From: a virus
Lineage: Duplodnaviria; Heunggongvirae; Uroviricota; Caudoviricetes
Reading direction: 5' to 3' (one strand)
IMG/VR virus record: IMGVR_UViG_2778261512_000020
Coordinates: 1 to 7,315 of that record
DNA length: 7,315 bases
The stretch's first letter is position 1. Every line of letters begins with the position of its first letter. Shown piece after piece: positions 5,946 to 7,315 of this stretch. The position numbers and the translations under genes are program-made. Below the pieces are notes generated by a model. It saw only the letters and a program-made list of their open reading frames with translations, made no database searches and was not told where the DNA came from.

Positions 5946-6031
5946 AGCAATGTTTTTTTATAATGCCAACTTAGTATAAAAAAGCAGGCTTCAACGGATT
6001 CATTTTTCTATTTCATAGCCCGGAGCAACCT

Positions 6032-7315
6032 GTGAACACATTTTCAGTTTCCCGTCTGGCGCTGGCATTGGCTTTTGGCGTGACGCTGACCGCCTGTAGC
6101 TCAACACCACCCGATCAACGTCCTTCTGATCAAACCGCGCCTGGTACCTCTTCTCGCCCGATTCTGTCGGCAAAAGAAGCGCAGAATTTCGATGCTCAAC
6201 ACTATTTTGCATCCCTGACACCAGGTGCTGCAGCGTGGAATCCTTCCCCGATTACCCTGCCTGCGCAACCTGACTTTGTTGTCGGCCCGGCGGGTACTCA
6301 AGGTGTAACGCATACCACGATTCAGGCGGCGGTAGATGCGGCAATTATCAAGCGCACTAACAAGCGCCAGTATATTGCCGTGATGCCTGGTGAGTATCAG
6401 GGAACGGTGTATGTCCCTGCTGCTCCGGGTGGAATTACTCTGTACGGTACAGGTGAAAAACCGATTGATGTGAAGATTGGGCTTTCCCTTGATGGGGGCA
6501 TGAGCCCTGCCGACTGGCGTCACGACGTCAACCCGCGCGGCAAATATATGCCAGGTAAACCAGCGTGGTATATGTACGATAGCTGCCAGAGCAAACGCAG
6601 CGACAGTATCGGTGTTCTCTGCTCTGCGGTCTTCTGGTCACAAAACAATGGCCTGCAACTGCAAAATCTGACCATCGAAAACACGCTGGGCGATAGCGTA
6701 GATGCAGGTAACCATCCGGCGGTGGCACTGCGTACTGATGGTGACCAGGTACAGATTAACAACGTTAACATTCTCGGTCGTCAGAACACCTTCTTTGTCA
6801 CCAACAGCGGTGTGCAGAACCGTCTGGAAACCAACCGTCAGCCGCGTACGCTGGTGACCAACAGCTACATTGAAGGGGATGTGGATATCGTTTCTGGTCG
6901 CGGCGCAGTGGTGTTCGATAACACCGAATTCCGCGTGGTGAACTCACGTACTCAGCAAGAAGCGTATGTGTTTGCACCGGCTACGCTGTCCAACATTTAC
7001 TACGGTTTCCTCGCCGTAAACAGCCGTTTCAATGCTTTCGGTGATGGTGTGGCGCAACTGGGCCGCTCGCTGGATGTTGATGCCAATACCAACGGTCAGG
7101 TGGTGATCCGTGATAGCGCCATCAACGAAGGTTTTAACACGGCTAAACCGTGGGCCGATGCGGTGATCTCTAATCGTCCGTTTGCGGGTAATACCGGCAG
7201 CGTAGATGATAACGACGAAATACAGCGCAATCTGAATGACACTAACTACAACCGCATGTGGGAATACAATAACCGCGGCGTGGGTAGTAAAGTGGTTGCA
7301 GAGGCGAAGAAGTAA
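6032..7315 (+). CDS. ybhC: Host outer-membrane lipoprotein YbhC (pectinesterase-fold acyl-CoA thioesterase family), 427 aa
   Basis: GTG 6032 is preceded by GGAG (6022-6025). The N-terminus MNTFSVSRLALALAFGVTLTAC has a lipoprotein signal peptide with lipobox LTAC, and the body has pectinesterase/beta-helix-like repeats. ybhC flanks attB-lambda in E. coli K-12. Stop TAA 7313-7315. Confidence 0.9.
   Translation: MNTFSVSRLALALAFGVTLTACSSTPPDQRPSDQTAPGTSSRPILSAKEAQNFDAQHYFASLTPGAAAWNPSPITLPAQPDFVVGPAGTQGVTHTTIQAAVDAAIIKRTNKRQYIAVMPGEYQGTVYVPAAPGGITLYGTGEKPIDVKIGLSLDGGMSPADWRHDVNPRGKYMPGKPAWYMYDSCQSKRSDSIGVLCSAVFWSQNNGLQLQNLTIENTLGDSVDAGNHPAVALRTDGDQVQINNVNILGRQNTFFVTNSGVQNRLETNRQPRTLVTNSYIEGDVDIVSGRGAVVFDNTEFRVVNSRTQQEAYVFAPATLSNIYYGFLAVNSRFNAFGDGVAQLGRSLDVDANTNGQVVIRDSAINEGFNTAKPWADAVISNRPFAGNTGSVDDNDEIQRNLNDTNYNRMWEYNNRGVGSKVVAEAKK

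Larger units (their letters stand above)
1..5985. mobile_element. Integrated lambdoid prophage, left end (pL early-left operon through xis-int to the attL core); continues beyond the window start
   Basis: Co-directional, tightly packed phage genes (cIII, kil-like, erf, ssb-like, lar-like, Ea22-like, DUF551-like, xis, int) ending at a lambda att core (5971-5985), immediately followed by host ybhC. Confidence 0.85.
5893..5996. other. attL: attL (B-O-P') prophage-host junction with the lambda 15-bp common core
   Basis: TTAGTATAAAAAAGC at 5971-5985 is the reverse complement of the lambda core GCTTTTTTATACTAA. The phage side (5893-5970) matches the P' arm and the host side (5986-5996, AGGCTTCAACG) matches the B half of attB (TGAAGCCTGC on the other strand). 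Confidence 0.85.

Noticed and set aside
5898-6031. sib / tI retroregulation hairpin downstream of int
   Set aside because: In a prophage, sib lies at the other end (b-region side of attP), separated from int by integration. The sequence here is the P' arm and core, with no RNase III-type long hairpin.
6000-6771. Minus-strand ORFs across attL and the ybhC 5' region (6000-6221, 6101-6523, 6520-6771, 6528-6728)
   Set aside because: They are antisense to the ybhC coding sequence, with Arg/Cys-rich composition typical of antisense frames in GC-rich genes.
1-7315. CRISPR arrays, tRNA or rRNA genes, IS elements
   Set aside because: I saw no spaced direct repeats, cloverleaf-compatible segments or terminal inverted repeats with a transposase; the only repeats are the att arm-type sites and the cII tetrad.

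Overview
This window is the left (int-proximal) end of a lambdoid prophage integrated at the lambda attachment site, running into the host lipoprotein gene ybhC. Everything I call coding is on the + strand, which corresponds to the leftward pL early operon of lambda. The order is: cIII, a kil-like gene, a 52-aa ORF, an Erf-family annealing protein coupled to a short SSB-like protein, three unknown genes, a Lar-family zinc-ribbon protein, an Ead/Ea22-like protein, a 133-aa unknown, a DUF551-like protein, a small gene with an ambiguous frame, a 55-aa ORF, a hairpin terminator, the cII-dependent pI promoter, xis, int, attL, then ybhC. The xis/int/attL module matches phage lambda as I remember it, while the recombination module is P22-type (erf) rather than lambda bet/exo, so the prophage is mosaic. 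No defence-system-sized gene, CRISPR array, tRNA or rRNA is visible. The best candidates for something undescribed are the uncharacterised small genes between erf and xis (1538-2572 and 3246-4316), which sit where lambdoid phages carry accessory and anti-defence cargo. All family assignments are from reading the translations and from memory of the families, not from any search.
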